Shown here: positions 1 to 9,905 of the stretch, piece by piece
Position numbering within the stretch: position 1 is the first letter of the stretch
Layout of the letters: every line of letters starts with the position of its first letter
From: an uncultured Collinsella sp.
GTDB taxonomy: Bacteria; Actinomycetota; Coriobacteriia; Coriobacteriales; Coriobacteriaceae
Length of the DNA stretch: 64,000 bases
Assembly: GCA_959028445.1 (NCBI GenBank)
Contig: CAUFRY010000001.1
Coordinates: 45,940-109,939 of the forward strand
Reading direction: 5' to 3'
The notes under the pieces: generated by a model
The model's database searches: none
Seen by the model: the letters and a program-made list of their open reading frames with translations, nothing else
What the model was told of the DNA's origin: nothing
Position numbers and translations under genes: made by a program

Positions 1-12
1 TCACCGCAACTT
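1..12. repeat. Partial right arm of palindromic repeat family A (truncated by window edge)
   Basis: TCACCGCAACTT is identical to the right-arm end of the copies at 1227, 18301 and 39201. Confidence 0.6.
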
Positions 13-1062
13 ATTGAAGGTGGACCGCGAACGATTTCGCCATCGGGAGTCGGCGTAGGGTTTTATTGTCGGAATGCCGTAACCGCGCATCATGGCACCG
101 AACGATTCTACGTCGTAGGTGTCCGAGAGTTTGAAATGAATGACGTTGTGGCCCATGGCGCGAAGGTTCGCGTCGCGCATGAGGGCCGCTCGATACGTTT
201 TTGCCGCCGCCCGCTCTGGATCATTTTGAGCCTCGTCTTCAAACTTGCCTAGCCCATGCAGCTCTGCCAGCGTCCATGAGCCGTCTGGCATCTGCCAGCC
301 ATAATCTGCTAGATAATAGCCAGCGTTTCCCGGTCGCGTTATCTCAACTTGAAGCTCGGGCGCGGCAACCCCAGCGAGAATCATCGCTGCTCTCGCCTCA
401 GACTCGCCGCCATTGTCTGACCTGCCGTCCATATACTCAAAAACGTCAAAAGCACGCGCGATGCCATGCAGCCCTCGACAATTTGCCTGCGCATATGCTC
501 GCAGCTCTTCGCGTTCGACATCGTACTCACGGGCCAAGCCATCGACATAACCCAGCGCATAGCGAAAGGCGCTCGATCGCGCGATATCAACAACCGTTCG
601 ACACGGATCCGTCAGTGTAAACAGACCAAGCCGCCACACTTCGCCCGGGCGCCAGCGCTTGTATTCAACGAACTCATACGTATCACGCCTTGTAGACCGT
701 GGCAGCAGCACTTGCACTTTATCCAGAAGCGTATACGCCGAGCCGATGCCGTAGAGCAACGCTGCTGTCGCTCCGCAAAACACAGCATCCGGTTCAACGA
801 CCGCAATAGCGGATGCCAGCTGAAAGATACGATCTTCAACCCCAAGATTATTCCAATAGACCGGATCCGCATACACATGGTTGTAAAGACGAAGCATGAG
901 CTCTTCCTGCATAAGCTCGCGCGCACGGCGTTCATCCCAAGGATCAATTGTTATAAGCAGCTGTCCATCTTGATGAATTCCAACGGCCGAGAATAGCATC
1001 CTTGCATAGGACTGCGGAAAATGTTTGCCTTTATCGAGCATGGCCAACCCCATAACCATCAC
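1..1062 (-). CDS. Hypothetical AbiEi-like / PD-(D/E)XK-type nuclease-fold protein (actinobacterial DUF559-like family)
   Basis: 353-aa ORF. It has FCGATAALLYG, TDPCRTVVDIAR and SDNGGESEAR..PELQVEI..ADYGW..LAELHGLGKF motifs typical of this family. Confidence 0.6.
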   Translation of the reverse strand: MMVMGLAMLDKGKHFPQSYARMLFSAVGIHQDGQLLITIDPWDERRARELMQEELMLRLYNHVYADPVYWNNLGVEDRIFQLASAIAVVEPDAVFCGATAALLYGIGSAYTLLDKVQVLLPRSTRRDTYEFVEYKRWRPGEVWRLGLFTLTDPCRTVVDIARSSAFRYALGYVDGLAREYDVEREELRAYAQANCRGLHGIARAFDVFEYMDGRSDNGGESEARAAMILAGVAAPELQVEITRPGNAGYYLADYGWQMPDGSWTLAELHGLGKFEDEAQNDPERAAAKTYRAALMRDANLRAMGHNVIHFKLSDTYDVESFGAMMRGYGIPTIKPYADSRWRNRSRSTFNKLR

Positions 1063-1226
1063 GGCGGAGAGAATACCATTACGCTATCGCATGCTTCCGT
1101 CCGCAGGCCTTGCCAAAAGCTGACCAAAAGCTTGACGTCGCAGGTCAGAGCTTCAAAAAATATTTCCACTCTCGGTAGACGGTCGCTACGATCCTCCCAA
1201 CGGCATCAAAATCCAACCTTACAAAT

Positions 1227-1292
1227 AGTTGCGGTGAAATACGGACTACATGGGCCATAAAAGCCGAAAACAGTCCGTATTTCACCGCAACT
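1227..1292. repeat. Palindromic REPIN/MITE-like repeat, family A
   Basis: Perfect 21-bp inverted arms AGTTGCGGTGAAATACGGACT / AGTCCGTATTTCACCGCAACT with a 24-nt spacer. Confidence 0.85.
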
Positions 1293-1324
1293 TAGGTGGG
1301 GATGTGGGGTCCCCGGCACGTTTA

Positions 1325-1362
1325 CGAAAACGGCTCTGATCCCAAAGGGAATCAGAGCCGTT
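1325..1362 (-). terminator. Intrinsic terminator downstream of the tRNA pair
   Basis: Stem CGGCTCTGAT..ATCAGAGCCG followed by a U-tract on the minus strand. Confidence 0.7.
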
Positions 1363-1373
1363 AAGCTATCTTG

Positions 1374-1447
1374 TGGAGCGGGCGACGGGAATCGAACCCG
1401 CGTCATCAGCTTGGAAGGCTGGGGTTCTACCATTGAACTACGCCCGC
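1374..1447 (-). tRNA. tRNA-Gly (TCC)
   Basis: Reverse complement GCGGGCGTAGTTCAATGGTAGAAC..CAGCC-TTCCAA-GCTG..GGTTCGATTCCCGTCGCCCGCTCCA forms a cloverleaf with a CCA end. Confidence 0.97.
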
Positions 1448-1453
1448 AAGATA

Positions 1454-1530
1454 TGGTCGGGACGACAGGATTTGAACCTGCGACATCCTGCTCCCAAAGC
1501 AGGCGCGCTACCAAACTGCGCCACGTCCCG
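1454..1530 (-). tRNA. tRNA-Pro (TGG)
   Basis: Reverse complement CGGGACGTGGCGCAGTTTGGTAGCGCG..CCTGC-TTTGGGA-GCAGG..GGTTCAAATCC..CCCGACCA. Confidence 0.97.
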
Positions 1531-1621
1531 AAGGTGTTGAGCAGCTAAGGTCTAAACCTTGCGTGTCCCAAAGCGAAGGAAATTATAGGGGAGACTCCCC
1601 GCCTGTGCAAGCGCAGAAACC

Positions 1622-2980
1622 CTAGCTCCTCGAATGTGCGACAAACTTGCTGTGGAGCAGACCGATCACAAACGCCGCCACGGCAACCGGCGCCCACGCG
1701 GCACCGATATCCGCCAGCGGAAGAACATCAAACGGTAGCCACGCGCCCGCAAAGAACGCATCGCGGACCGAGGTGATCACACTCTGCACAGCAACCACGC
1801 CGCCGACCCACACCCACACCTGCGGATGAGCGTCGCAAAAGCCGTGCACCAGGCCCATCAGTACCAGTACGATGGCAACGGGATACAAGGCGTTGAGCAT
1901 AGGCACCGAGAACATGAGGATCACGTCGAGGCCCACGTTGGAGAGCAGGCACGAAAACGCCGCGAACACAAAGGCGAGGATCGCGAAGGGGCGGCGCATG
2001 GCCTCCTCGGAGGCCTCCGCTCCCCCTTCAACCACGTACGTCTCACAGAAATAGCGCGCGCAGCAACTAATGAGGCCAATGCACACGTTCATGCAGGCGA
2101 GGAAGAAGATGGCGAAGACCACGACCGTGCCGGCAAGGCCAAAGTGCATGGAGGCCGAGCGAGCAAGGATTGCAGCGCCGTTGGTGGCGTCGGGCATCAC
2201 GGTGCCGAGCTGCATACCGGCAAGGGCCAAGCCGCAATAGATAATGGCCATGAGCACGCCGGCGATCACACCGGAACGCGAAATCTCGAAGGCCACGCGC
2301 TTGTCATCGGTAACGCCCAGTTCGTGAATGGTCTCGGCGATGATAATGCCAAAGGCGAGCGATGCGAGCAGGTCCATGGTCTGATAGCCAGTCAGAAAGC
2401 CCTGCACGGCGGCGCCTGCATCGTAGGGAGCCTGAGGCGCGGCAGCCGGTCCCAGTGGCGAGATCACGGCAGCACCCACGACCAGTACGATGAGCGCAAT
2501 GAGCGCGGGGCCCGTAATGCGACCGAGTACGCGTGTAATGACACCCGGGCACAGCGTGAGCGCAAACGCGATGATGAAGAACCCGATGGCAAACGCCAGA
2601 CGTGCCGTGCCGAGCGAAACGCCCTCGGGCAGCAGCGGCACCAGCATCTCGAAGGCCGTGGAGCTTGTGCGCGGAATAGCCAGGCACGGGCCGATGGCCA
2701 GGTAGACCGCCGCAACGAAGAATTCGCCAAACTTAGGATGCACGCGGCCGGCAAGCTCGCGCGCCGTTCCGGCAAGTGCCACGGCGATAAAACCCATGAC
2801 GGGCAGGCCGATGGCGGCAATCAGAAAGCCGAGCATGGCGACCGGCGTGGCAGAACCAGCCTGCAGCGCCAGCAGCGGCGGAATAATGAGGTTGCCGGCG
2901 CCAAAGAGCATCGAGAACAGCGCAATGCCGACGGTAACGACATGGTCGGAGCGCAAACCGCGCGGAGCGGATGAGGCCAT
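1622..2980 (-). CDS. brnQ: Branched-chain amino acid transport system II carrier protein
   Basis: ALFSMLFGAGNLIIPP, GPCLAIPRT and GYQTMDLLASLAFG motifs, many TM segments. Confidence 0.93.
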   Translation of the reverse strand: MASSAPRGLRSDHVVTVGIALFSMLFGAGNLIIPPLLALQAGSATPVAMLGFLIAAIGLPVMGFIAVALAGTARELAGRVHPKFGEFFVAAVYLAIGPCLAIPRTSSTAFEMLVPLLPEGVSLGTARLAFAIGFFIIAFALTLCPGVITRVLGRITGPALIALIVLVVGAAVISPLGPAAAPQAPYDAGAAVQGFLTGYQTMDLLASLAFGIIIAETIHELGVTDDKRVAFEISRSGVIAGVLMAIIYCGLALAGMQLGTVMPDATNGAAILARSASMHFGLAGTVVVFAIFFLACMNVCIGLISCCARYFCETYVVEGGAEASEEAMRRPFAILAFVFAAFSCLLSNVGLDVILMFSVPMLNALYPVAIVLVLMGLVHGFCDAHPQVWVWVGGVVAVQSVITSVRDAFFAGAWLPFDVLPLADIGAAWAPVAVAAFVIGLLHSKFVAHSRS

Positions 2981-3000
2981 ATGCACACCTTTCGGGTCGA

Positions 3001-3033
3001 AACAAAAACGGGACGGGCAAAAGACCCGTCCCG
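3001..3033 (-). terminator. Intrinsic terminator after the selenium cluster
   Basis: Minus strand reads GCGGGACGGG-tctttg-CCCGTCCCG followed by TTTTTGTTT. Confidence 0.7.
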
Positions 3034-3047
3034 CAAGTATATACGCT

Positions 3048-4187
3048 CTAGCAGGCTAAATCGCGCAAAGCGTCAATCGCGGTGTCGACTTCCTCGTCCG
3101 TGTTGAAATACCCAAACGAGAAGCGGACGACGCCCTGGCGCTCGGTCCCCAGCGCGCGGTGCATGAGCGGAGCGCAATGGGCACCGGGGCGCGTCGCAAT
3201 CCCCCACCCTTGCATGAGCGCGTCCGAAATCTCGGCAGAGTCGATATCGGCTACGTTGAGCGACACAATCGCAGAGCGCGCCTGCTGGTCAAAGGCACCG
3301 TAGAGCTTAATCCCCGGAATCTTGCGCACACCGGCAAGGAAGCGATCAGCGAGCGCACGCTCGTGGGCAGCAATCGCCTCGACCCCACCCTGGGCCTCGA
3401 TAAAGTCGAGACCAGCGGAAAGTCCCGCGATGCCATGACCGTTGAGCGTGCCCGCCTCAAGGCGCGTGGGCCACTCAAGCGGCTGCAGCGCATCGAAGCT
3501 GTGCACGCCCGTGCCGCCCATGGCCCACGGAGCCACGTCAATGCCCTCCGCCACGGCCAGGCCGCCGGTGCCTTGAGGTCCCATGAGCCCCTTATGGCCG
3601 GTAAAGCACACAATGTCGAGCCCCATGGCCTGCATATCGATATGCATCGCGCCGGCAGACTGCGAGGCGTCGACGATCACCAGCGCGCCGGCCGCATGCG
3701 CGATGGCAGCCACGCGCGCAATGTCGACCGCGTTGCCGGTCACATTGGAGGCGTGCGTCACCACCACGGCACGCGTGCCCGGCGTGACCAACCGCTCGAG
3801 CTCGTCGTAGTCGAGCACACCGTTCGCGTCGCAGCCCGCATGCTCAACGGTCACGCCCTGCTCTGCCGCCAAGCGGTTGAGCGGACGTAGCACCGAGTTG
3901 TGCTCAAGCACCGTCGTGACCACGCGGTCGCCGGGGCGCACCACGCCATTGATAACGGTGTTGAGCGCCGCGGTGGAGTTGGGCGTAAAACAAACATGGT
4001 CAGCACGCGGGCAGCCCAGCAAGCGCGCAAGCTTGGCGCGGCAGCCGTGGATGGTACGTGCCGCATCGAGCGCACCCGAGGTGGCACCGCGCCCAGCATT
4101 GCCGAGCGAGCACATCGCTTGCGTCACGGCGTCGATGACCGCCTGCGGCTTGTGCATGGTCGTCGCCGCGTTATCCAGGTAGATCAT
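3048..4187 (-). CDS. Class V PLP aminotransferase, cysteine desulfurase / selenocysteine lyase-like
   Basis: IYLDNAATT, THASNVTG, FTGHKGLMGPQGTG and RPGAHCAP motifs. ATGA overlap with the upstream gene. Confidence 0.88.
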   Translation of the reverse strand: MIYLDNAATTMHKPQAVIDAVTQAMCSLGNAGRGATSGALDAARTIHGCRAKLARLLGCPRADHVCFTPNSTAALNTVINGVVRPGDRVVTTVLEHNSVLRPLNRLAAEQGVTVEHAGCDANGVLDYDELERLVTPGTRAVVVTHASNVTGNAVDIARVAAIAHAAGALVIVDASQSAGAMHIDMQAMGLDIVCFTGHKGLMGPQGTGGLAVAEGIDVAPWAMGGTGVHSFDALQPLEWPTRLEAGTLNGHGIAGLSAGLDFIEAQGGVEAIAAHERALADRFLAGVRKIPGIKLYGAFDQQARSAIVSLNVADIDSAEISDALMQGWGIATRPGAHCAPLMHRALGTERQGVVRFSFGYFNTDEEVDTAIDALRDLAC

Positions 4188-4435
4188 CGCACGACCTCCC
4201 ACATGTCGATCACCGTAAAGCCCTCGGTGGGAACGCCCGCCGCGGCGAGTTCGCCGCGCAGCAGCTCCTCATCGGCAGGCAACGCCTTCCACGCCAAACC
4301 GCAGCCGGCAGCGACCTCCCCGGGCACGGGAATCGTCCGCCCGGGAAGACCGCGCTCGATGCACAGGGACTCGCAACCCATGGCGGCCGCCGTGGTGGGA
4401 AACGTGATGACAAGCGCCGGGCGCTTCTCCCTCAT
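4184..4435 (-). CDS. DUF3343 small protein (putative Se/S carrier)
   Basis: ITFPTTAAAM..IPVPGEVAAGCGLAW pattern, typical neighbour of YedF/SelD. Confidence 0.8.
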   Translation of the reverse strand: MREKRPALVITFPTTAAAMGCESLCIERGLPGRTIPVPGEVAAGCGLAWKALPADEELLRGELAAAGVPTEGFTVIDMWEVVR

Positions 4436-4454
4436 GGCAACTCCAACCAATACG

Positions 4455-5081
4455 CTACGGGCGCACGACGCGCGCGGCCTGCTCCATCTTCTCCACGATC
4501 ACGTACATGTTGGTGACCTCGCCCACCGCAAGCTGGTCTTTAATGCCATAGTGGTCGAGGCAGGTACCGCAGGTGAGAATCTCGACACCCTGCTCCGCCA
4601 AGCCCTTCAGGTCATCGAGCACCGGCGAGCCCTCGACGGTGAGCTTGGCACCGCCGTTGTAGAAAAGCATAGTCGCGGGCAGCTCCTCCTGCTGCGTCAC
4701 GGCAAAGACAAACGCCTTCATGAGCTTGTGGCCCAGCTCGTCGTCGCCACGGCCCATGCAATCGGTATAGACGGAAATGACAAGTTTGCCCTTGCCGGCG
4801 CTGGCGTCGCAGAAAGCAGCGCCGTCCTGCTCGGGGTCCGCAACGGCCACGGCACCGGCGGTCGCGACGGTCACGCGCCACTCAGCGTCAGAAACCTTCT
4901 CGACTGAGGCCGTGCAGCCCTTCTCCTGCGCCATCTTGGAGATGTTCTTGACGGCGGTCTCGTTGTCGACCGAGGTCACGACTGTGCCCTCGCCATCGAG
5001 CTGCTTCAGGGCTTTGAGCGTCTTGACGACGGGCAGCGGGCAGGCATCGCCCATGGCATTGACTTCAATTTTGGTAGACAT
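4455..5081 (-). CDS. yedF: Selenium metabolism sulfurtransferase-like protein (TusA + DsrE-like domains)
   Basis: N-terminal CPLPVVKT (TusA) and C-terminal MGRGDDELG..ILTCGTCLDHY. Confidence 0.88.
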   Translation of the reverse strand: MSTKIEVNAMGDACPLPVVKTLKALKQLDGEGTVVTSVDNETAVKNISKMAQEKGCTASVEKVSDAEWRVTVATAGAVAVADPEQDGAAFCDASAGKGKLVISVYTDCMGRGDDELGHKLMKAFVFAVTQQEELPATMLFYNGGAKLTVEGSPVLDDLKGLAEQGVEILTCGTCLDHYGIKDQLAVGEVTNMYVIVEKMEQAARVVRP

Positions 5082-5140
5082 AGTTTTTCCTTTCAAAAGG
5101 GACCGCCCAGAACAGTAGGCGGTCGCATAAACGGTTTTCC

Positions 5141-6190
5141 TTAATGCACAACGCGAACGGCAGGACCGCCTGGTACCGGCTCGTACACGCGCCCGACGAC
5201 GGCGGCGATACGTCCTTCGGCATGTAGACGGCTCGCAAGCTCATCCACATCAGCAGCAGGTGCCGCGATAAGCAGGCCACCAGACGTCTGCGGGTCGTAC
5301 AGCGCGTCGAGCATGCCCGGCTCAAGGTCCTCGTCGGCCGTCACGCGCGGGCCAAAGAAGTCCTGGTTGCGGTAGGAGCCCGCGGGGATAATGCCCAAAC
5401 GCGCCATGTCGAGCACCTGGTCAAAGAGTGGCACCGCCCCCGACGCAAGCTCAACTTGCACGCCCGAGCCCTCGGCCATCTCGCACGCGTGCCCGATCAG
5501 ACCAAAGCCCGTAATGTCGGTGCAGCCGTGAAGCTCAAGTCCCTCGGCCAGACGAATCGGAGCCTCGTTGAGGGTGCGCATCGAGTCAAACATGGCTGCG
5601 GCCTCGTCCTGCTCGATGAGCTCGCCCTTAATGGCCGTGGTGATGATGCCCGAGCCAACCGCCTTGGTCAGCAGTAACGCATCGCCCACGCGCGCGCCGC
5701 TGTTGGCGAGCATGCGGTCGAGCGCGACAAACCCGCTCACGGACAGGCCGTACTTGGGCTCGTCGTCGTTGATGGTGTGACCGCCCGCGATGGAGCAACC
5801 CGCCTCGACGCACTTGTCGGCGCCGCCCGCCAGAATCTGACCGGCAACCTCAACGCCCAGACAGCTCGGGATGCACAGCAAGTTCATGGCATGGCTCGGC
5901 CGCCCGCCCATGGCGTAGATGTCCGACAGTGAGTTTGCCGCGGCGATCTGGCCAAATAGAAACGGGTCGTCGACCATCGGTGGGAAGAAGTCGATGGACT
6001 GCACGAGCCCCAGGTTCTCCCCTACGCGGAAGACGCTCGCATCGTCGGAGGTATCGAACCCCACGAGCAAGTTGTCGTTATGCACATTGGGCAAATCGCC
6101 CAGGACCTGGGCGAGGGCTCCGGGAGCCAACTTAGCGGCTCAACCGCTCGCGGCCGTCATGGACGTGAGCCTAATCTGATCGTCAGCCAT
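5141..6190 (-). CDS. selD: Selenide, water dikinase (selenophosphate synthetase), selenoprotein with UGA at codon 17
   Basis: RBS GGAGG then MADDQIRLTSMTAASG-TGA-AAKLAPG, in frame with the track ORF. DDASV, DFFPP, AAANSLSDIYAMGG, TDITGFGL and DPQTSGGLL motifs. Confidence 0.93.
6096..6128 (-). promoter_or_regulatory. Candidate bacterial SECIS hairpin(s) in selD
   Basis: Just 3' of the UGA (6140-6142) lie GGCTC-ccg-GAGCC and TCGCCCAG-gtc-CTGGGCGA stems. Confidence 0.55.
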
Positions 6191-6260
6191 CGATACCTCC
6201 TCTCATCGGTCAATCATTTTCTCCCAGTATACGCATGAATGCGAGCCTGCGGCGGATGCA

Positions 6261-7025
6261 TTAATTGAGCGCCTGTGCGCGAATCGCCGCGCCAATCGCT
6301 CCGGCAAAGCGAGCCTGGGGCGAGGTGGTCACCGGCGACCCCAGCAGCTCGCCCAACCGCTCCACCACGAAGGCGTTCTCGCACAGGCCACCGGTCAGGT
6401 AGTACGGGGCGCCCGCGGCCTGCCCGGCCATGGTCGCCACGCGCGAGACCACGCTGTCGATCACGCCACGTGCAATGTTCTCGCGCGGCTCACCGCGACC
6501 GATCAGGCTGATGACCTCGCTTTCGGCAAACACCGTGCACATGCTGCTGATCTTGGTGGGCTCACCGGAACGCGCAAGGTCGGCCATCTGCTGTTGGGAA
6601 ATACCCAGACGGTCGGCCATGATCTCCAAAAAGCGCCCCGTACCGGCAGCGCACTTGTCGTTCATGGCGAACTTGGCCACGCGGCCACTTTTAAGCTGAA
6701 TGACCTTGGTGTCCTGGCCGCCCACGTCAATCACCGTGCCGTGATCGCCAAACAGGCGCACGGCACCGGTGCCGTGGCAGGTGATCTCGGTCACGACCTT
6801 GTGCGCATAGGGCACGGCGACACGGCCGTAGCCGGTCGCGATCACGCGCACGTCGTCGGCAGCCACGTCATAGTCGGCTGCAGCGAGCTCGCCGCGCAAG
6901 CGCTCGGCCGCATCGACCGACGAATACCCCGTCGGCATGACGCAGGTCCACGCAATGGCGCCGTCCGTCTCCACCACTGCAGCCTTCGCGGCCGTCGAGC
7001 CTATGTCGATACCAATGCCAACCAC
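6261..7025 (-). CDS. ATP-dependent activase (HgdC/YjiL/DCCP-reductase, ASKHA family)
   Basis: GIDIGSTAAK, ATGYGR, EITCH, IDVGGQDTK, MNDKCAAGTGRFLE and ISSMCTVFAESEV motifs. Confidence 0.9.
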   Translation of the reverse strand: MVGIGIDIGSTAAKAAVVETDGAIAWTCVMPTGYSSVDAAERLRGELAAADYDVAADDVRVIATGYGRVAVPYAHKVVTEITCHGTGAVRLFGDHGTVIDVGGQDTKVIQLKSGRVAKFAMNDKCAAGTGRFLEIMADRLGISQQQMADLARSGEPTKISSMCTVFAESEVISLIGRGEPRENIARGVIDSVVSRVATMAGQAAGAPYYLTGGLCENAFVVERLGELLGSPVTTSPQARFAGAIGAAIRAQALN

Positions 7026-7075
7026 GGCATCCTCCTTCTATGCGGCAAAGCAACTATCCCTTTGCCGCATTTGTC

Positions 7076-8239
7076 CTACAGGGTTTCGATGAAGGCGGCG
7101 ATGCGCGTCTCGATCTGGCCCATGTCACCGTTGCTGTAGTCGGTCTCGATCTTCATATACGGAATACCCGCACCCTCGACGGCCTCCTGCATGCGCGCGC
7201 TCTCAACGTTGAAGGTGTGGCAGGCCTGTAGCACGCTCTCTACCACGCCATCGACATGGTACTTCTCGCACATGGCCAGCGTATTTTCCATACGGCCGTC
7301 GTTGGGCGTCATGACCGAGCAGCTGATGTCCAGGTAGCGGTCGGCGATGGCGCGCAGGATGTCGGGAGCCTCCGGATCGATCATCATGGCCGCCGTGCGC
7401 TCTCCCGAGCAATCGTCCATGCACACGACCACGCCGCCGTTGGACTCGATGGTGCGACCGATCTTGTTAATCACGCCGCCCACGGGGCAGCCGGTGATCA
7501 GAATGCGCTTGGCATCCGCCGCAACCGGGCGCTCGCCCGCGTCGTAAGCCTCACGCAGCTTGGCAACCTTTTGCTCAAGCTGCTGCGTATAGGCCTCGAT
7601 ATCAAAGCTAAACGTACCGGCAAACATGGTGCTCATCAGGTCGACGCCGCTCATGGCCGCCGGCTGGTTCGCCTGCAGCGCAAACATGTCGAGCTGGGCC
7701 GCACGCAAGCGGTTGCGACGACGGACGGCAGCGCGCAGGTCATCGTCGGTAATCGTGATGCCGTAGAAGCCCTCGAGCTCCTCCTTGAGCAGGCGGCACT
7801 CCTCGTACCAGCCCTCACGCTCGTAGGCGCGATCGCGACCTTGCGGAAGATGCAGAATGTGCGTGCGCTTGAGCTCGTTGAGTAGCTCGTACATCTTCTT
7901 CTTGCCGTCGCAGGTGGTCTCACCGATGATCATGTCGCTAAAGTACGTAAACGGGCACTTTTGCGAGTAGGCAAAGCCGTACGTAGACTTGATGAGCGGG
8001 CACAGGTTTGCCGGCAGCACCTTCTCGGCCTCGGGAATCACCTCGTCGGACGTGCCGCACAGCGCCACGCTCGCAGCCCCCGCGGCATCGATAATCTCGA
8101 GCGGCGTATAGCTGCACAAAAAGCCGACCAGACGATTGCCCGCCTGCTTGTAATCCTTGACACGAATAAACGCCGCCTTGCGCTGCTCGTTGAACTCCTC
8201 AAACGTGGATGGCAACGGCTGCTCCATATTTTCCGACAT
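7076..8239 (-). CDS. Double-cubane-cluster / 2-hydroxyacyl-CoA dehydratase-family protein (YjiM-like)
   Basis: Start MSENMEQ after [47 protein letters not shown] and ETDYS motifs. Confidence 0.85.
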   Translation of the reverse strand: MSENMEQPLPSTFEEFNEQRKAAFIRVKDYKQAGNRLVGFLCSYTPLEIIDAAGAASVALCGTSDEVIPEAEKVLPANLCPLIKSTYGFAYSQKCPFTYFSDMIIGETTCDGKKKMYELLNELKRTHILHLPQGRDRAYEREGWYEECRLLKEELEGFYGITITDDDLRAAVRRRNRLRAAQLDMFALQANQPAAMSGVDLMSTMFAGTFSFDIEAYTQQLEQKVAKLREAYDAGERPVAADAKRILITGCPVGGVINKIGRTIESNGGVVVCMDDCSGERTAAMMIDPEAPDILRAIADRYLDISCSVMTPNDGRMENTLAMCEKYHVDGVVESVLQACHTFNVESARMQEAVEGAGIPYMKIETDYSNGDMGQIETRIAAFIETL

Positions 8240-8393
8240 ATAACTCCTTAACAAACCTTTTGACCAACCAAGGAAACGGCTTTCCCAGGTGCCCGAGGTT
8301 GCCGTGAAAGAGAAGCGCCGCGTACTTTGGTACGCAAACGATGGTTTGAACGGCAAGATCGGGTGCCTGGGGAAGCCGCCGGGACGGATACCC

Positions 8394-9677
8394 CTAAATG
8401 GTTTCCAAGAAAGCCTCAATCCTGGTTTGCAGTTGGCCTGCATCCTCGCCGGCGTAGTCGGTCGTGATGTGCATAAACGGAATGCCGGCCTCCTCGGCAG
8501 CCTTCTCCACGGCAAACGACTCCATCTCGTAGAGCGTGCAGAACTGCAGGGCCACGTCGACGATGCCGTCGGCATGCAAGTCCTTGGCCATCTGGACAAT
8601 GTCCTTCATACGCTGATCGTTGGGCGTAAAGACGGCGCAGTTAATCTTAAAGTAGCGCTCGGCGATGGCGTCGAGCATCTCGTCGACCGTCTCACCGGAC
8701 TCGTCGACCAGGTCCTTGTAGTAGCGCGAGCCCGTGCAGGACTCCTCGCCTACCACAACGCCGCCGGCCTTCTCGATGAGGTTGAACAGCTTCCAGTTGG
8801 GCACGGCCATGGGCGTGCCGGTGTACAGGATGCGCTTGGTCCCCTTGGGCGCCACGCCCTCGCCGGCCTCAACGCGCTGCTCGCACTCGGCGGCCATCTC
8901 GTTGATGGCTCCGGTCAGACGCGGCGTGTCGTCCATAAAGGCGGCCTGAACGGTCAGCAGGCTGTCGAGACCGCTGATGGGCGCCGGATCGGCAGCGCGC
9001 GTGGCAGCCAGACGCTGCAGGGCGCGACGCTTCTCGTTGACGGCGTGGATGGCAGCCTTCAGGCGCTCGGGCGTAATCTTGACGCCGCACTCTTCCTCGA
9101 TCTTGGCGGCAAGCTTTTTAACCTCGGCCTTCCAGGTCACGAGCGTCGACTCGTCGTGCACGTTGGGGATATCCATGACGTACATGTTCTTTTGCGTGGC
9201 AAAGAACTCGTAGGCCTTCTTCTTGCCATCGCAGGTGTTCTCGCCCACCACCAGATCACTCGACTCAATGTAGGGGCAGACCTCGCCCAGCTTAAAGCCG
9301 GCAAAGCTCTTGATGAGCGGGCAGGTGTTGCGCGGCAGATGCTCCTCGACCTTGTCGGTCGCCCAGTCGGCACCCGAGCACAGGCCAACGGGGATGCCAT
9401 CGCAGGCAAGCACGATCTCCTCGGGCACGTACACACAGAACGAACCGACGATCTTGGTGGCCTCGCCGGCCTCCTTCTTGTCGAGCATCTCCTTAATACG
9501 GCCGCTGTGGATGTTGGTGGCGACAAAATCCAGGTAGGACGTGGACTTGGGGCGATTGTTCTGCGTCAGGAACATATCGCCGTACATCTGGCCCACGGCG
9601 CCCAGCAGCATATCGTGGTCGGCAAGATTCATGCCGAGGCTCTCCCACATCGGATGGAAATCAAATTCTTCAGCCAT
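8394..9677 (-). CDS. Double-cubane-cluster-containing anaerobic reductase (DCCP-like)
   Basis: [51 protein letters not shown] and TRIEAFLE motifs. Confidence 0.87.
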   Translation of the reverse strand: MAEEFDFHPMWESLGMNLADHDMLLGAVGQMYGDMFLTQNNRPKSTSYLDFVATNIHSGRIKEMLDKKEAGEATKIVGSFCVYVPEEIVLACDGIPVGLCSGADWATDKVEEHLPRNTCPLIKSFAGFKLGEVCPYIESSDLVVGENTCDGKKKAYEFFATQKNMYVMDIPNVHDESTLVTWKAEVKKLAAKIEEECGVKITPERLKAAIHAVNEKRRALQRLAATRAADPAPISGLDSLLTVQAAFMDDTPRLTGAINEMAAECEQRVEAGEGVAPKGTKRILYTGTPMAVPNWKLFNLIEKAGGVVVGEESCTGSRYYKDLVDESGETVDEMLDAIAERYFKINCAVFTPNDQRMKDIVQMAKDLHADGIVDVALQFCTLYEMESFAVEKAAEEAGIPFMHITTDYAGEDAGQLQTRIEAFLETI

Positions 9678-9794
9678 GACGGTTCCCCTCTCGAACCAAA
9701 TACGGATAACTACGGTATTGCTGCACGGTGGGCGGCGAAAACCCAGCCGTGCCTAAACCCGGAATTTTGGGGAACCTGCTTTGCGGTCGATTAT

Positions 9795-9905
9795 TTAGTT
9801 GTGCGTCGTCTCTCCCGGAGCCGTGAACATACCTGCTCATATGCGACTCCGAGCCATATACAGGGCGCGCGCGGCAACGCGGCGAATGTATGTCGTCTGC
9901 GGCAT
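9795..9905 (-). CDS. Putative leader peptide with in-frame UGA (MPQTTYIRRVAARALYMARSRI-UGA-AGMFTAPGETTHN)
   Basis: Strong RBS AAGGAGG (9914-9920), ATG at 9905, TGA at 9837-9839 (codon 23), TAA at 9795-9797. Confidence 0.5.

Noticed and set aside
1374..1530. Integrated prophage or island at the tRNAs
   Set aside because: No integrase or duplicated tRNA 3' end within the window. Sequence left of position 1 cannot be assessed.
8240..8599. N-terminal extension of the YjiM-like ORF
   Set aside because: It overlaps the upstream gene out of frame. A clear RBS precedes the ATG at 8239.
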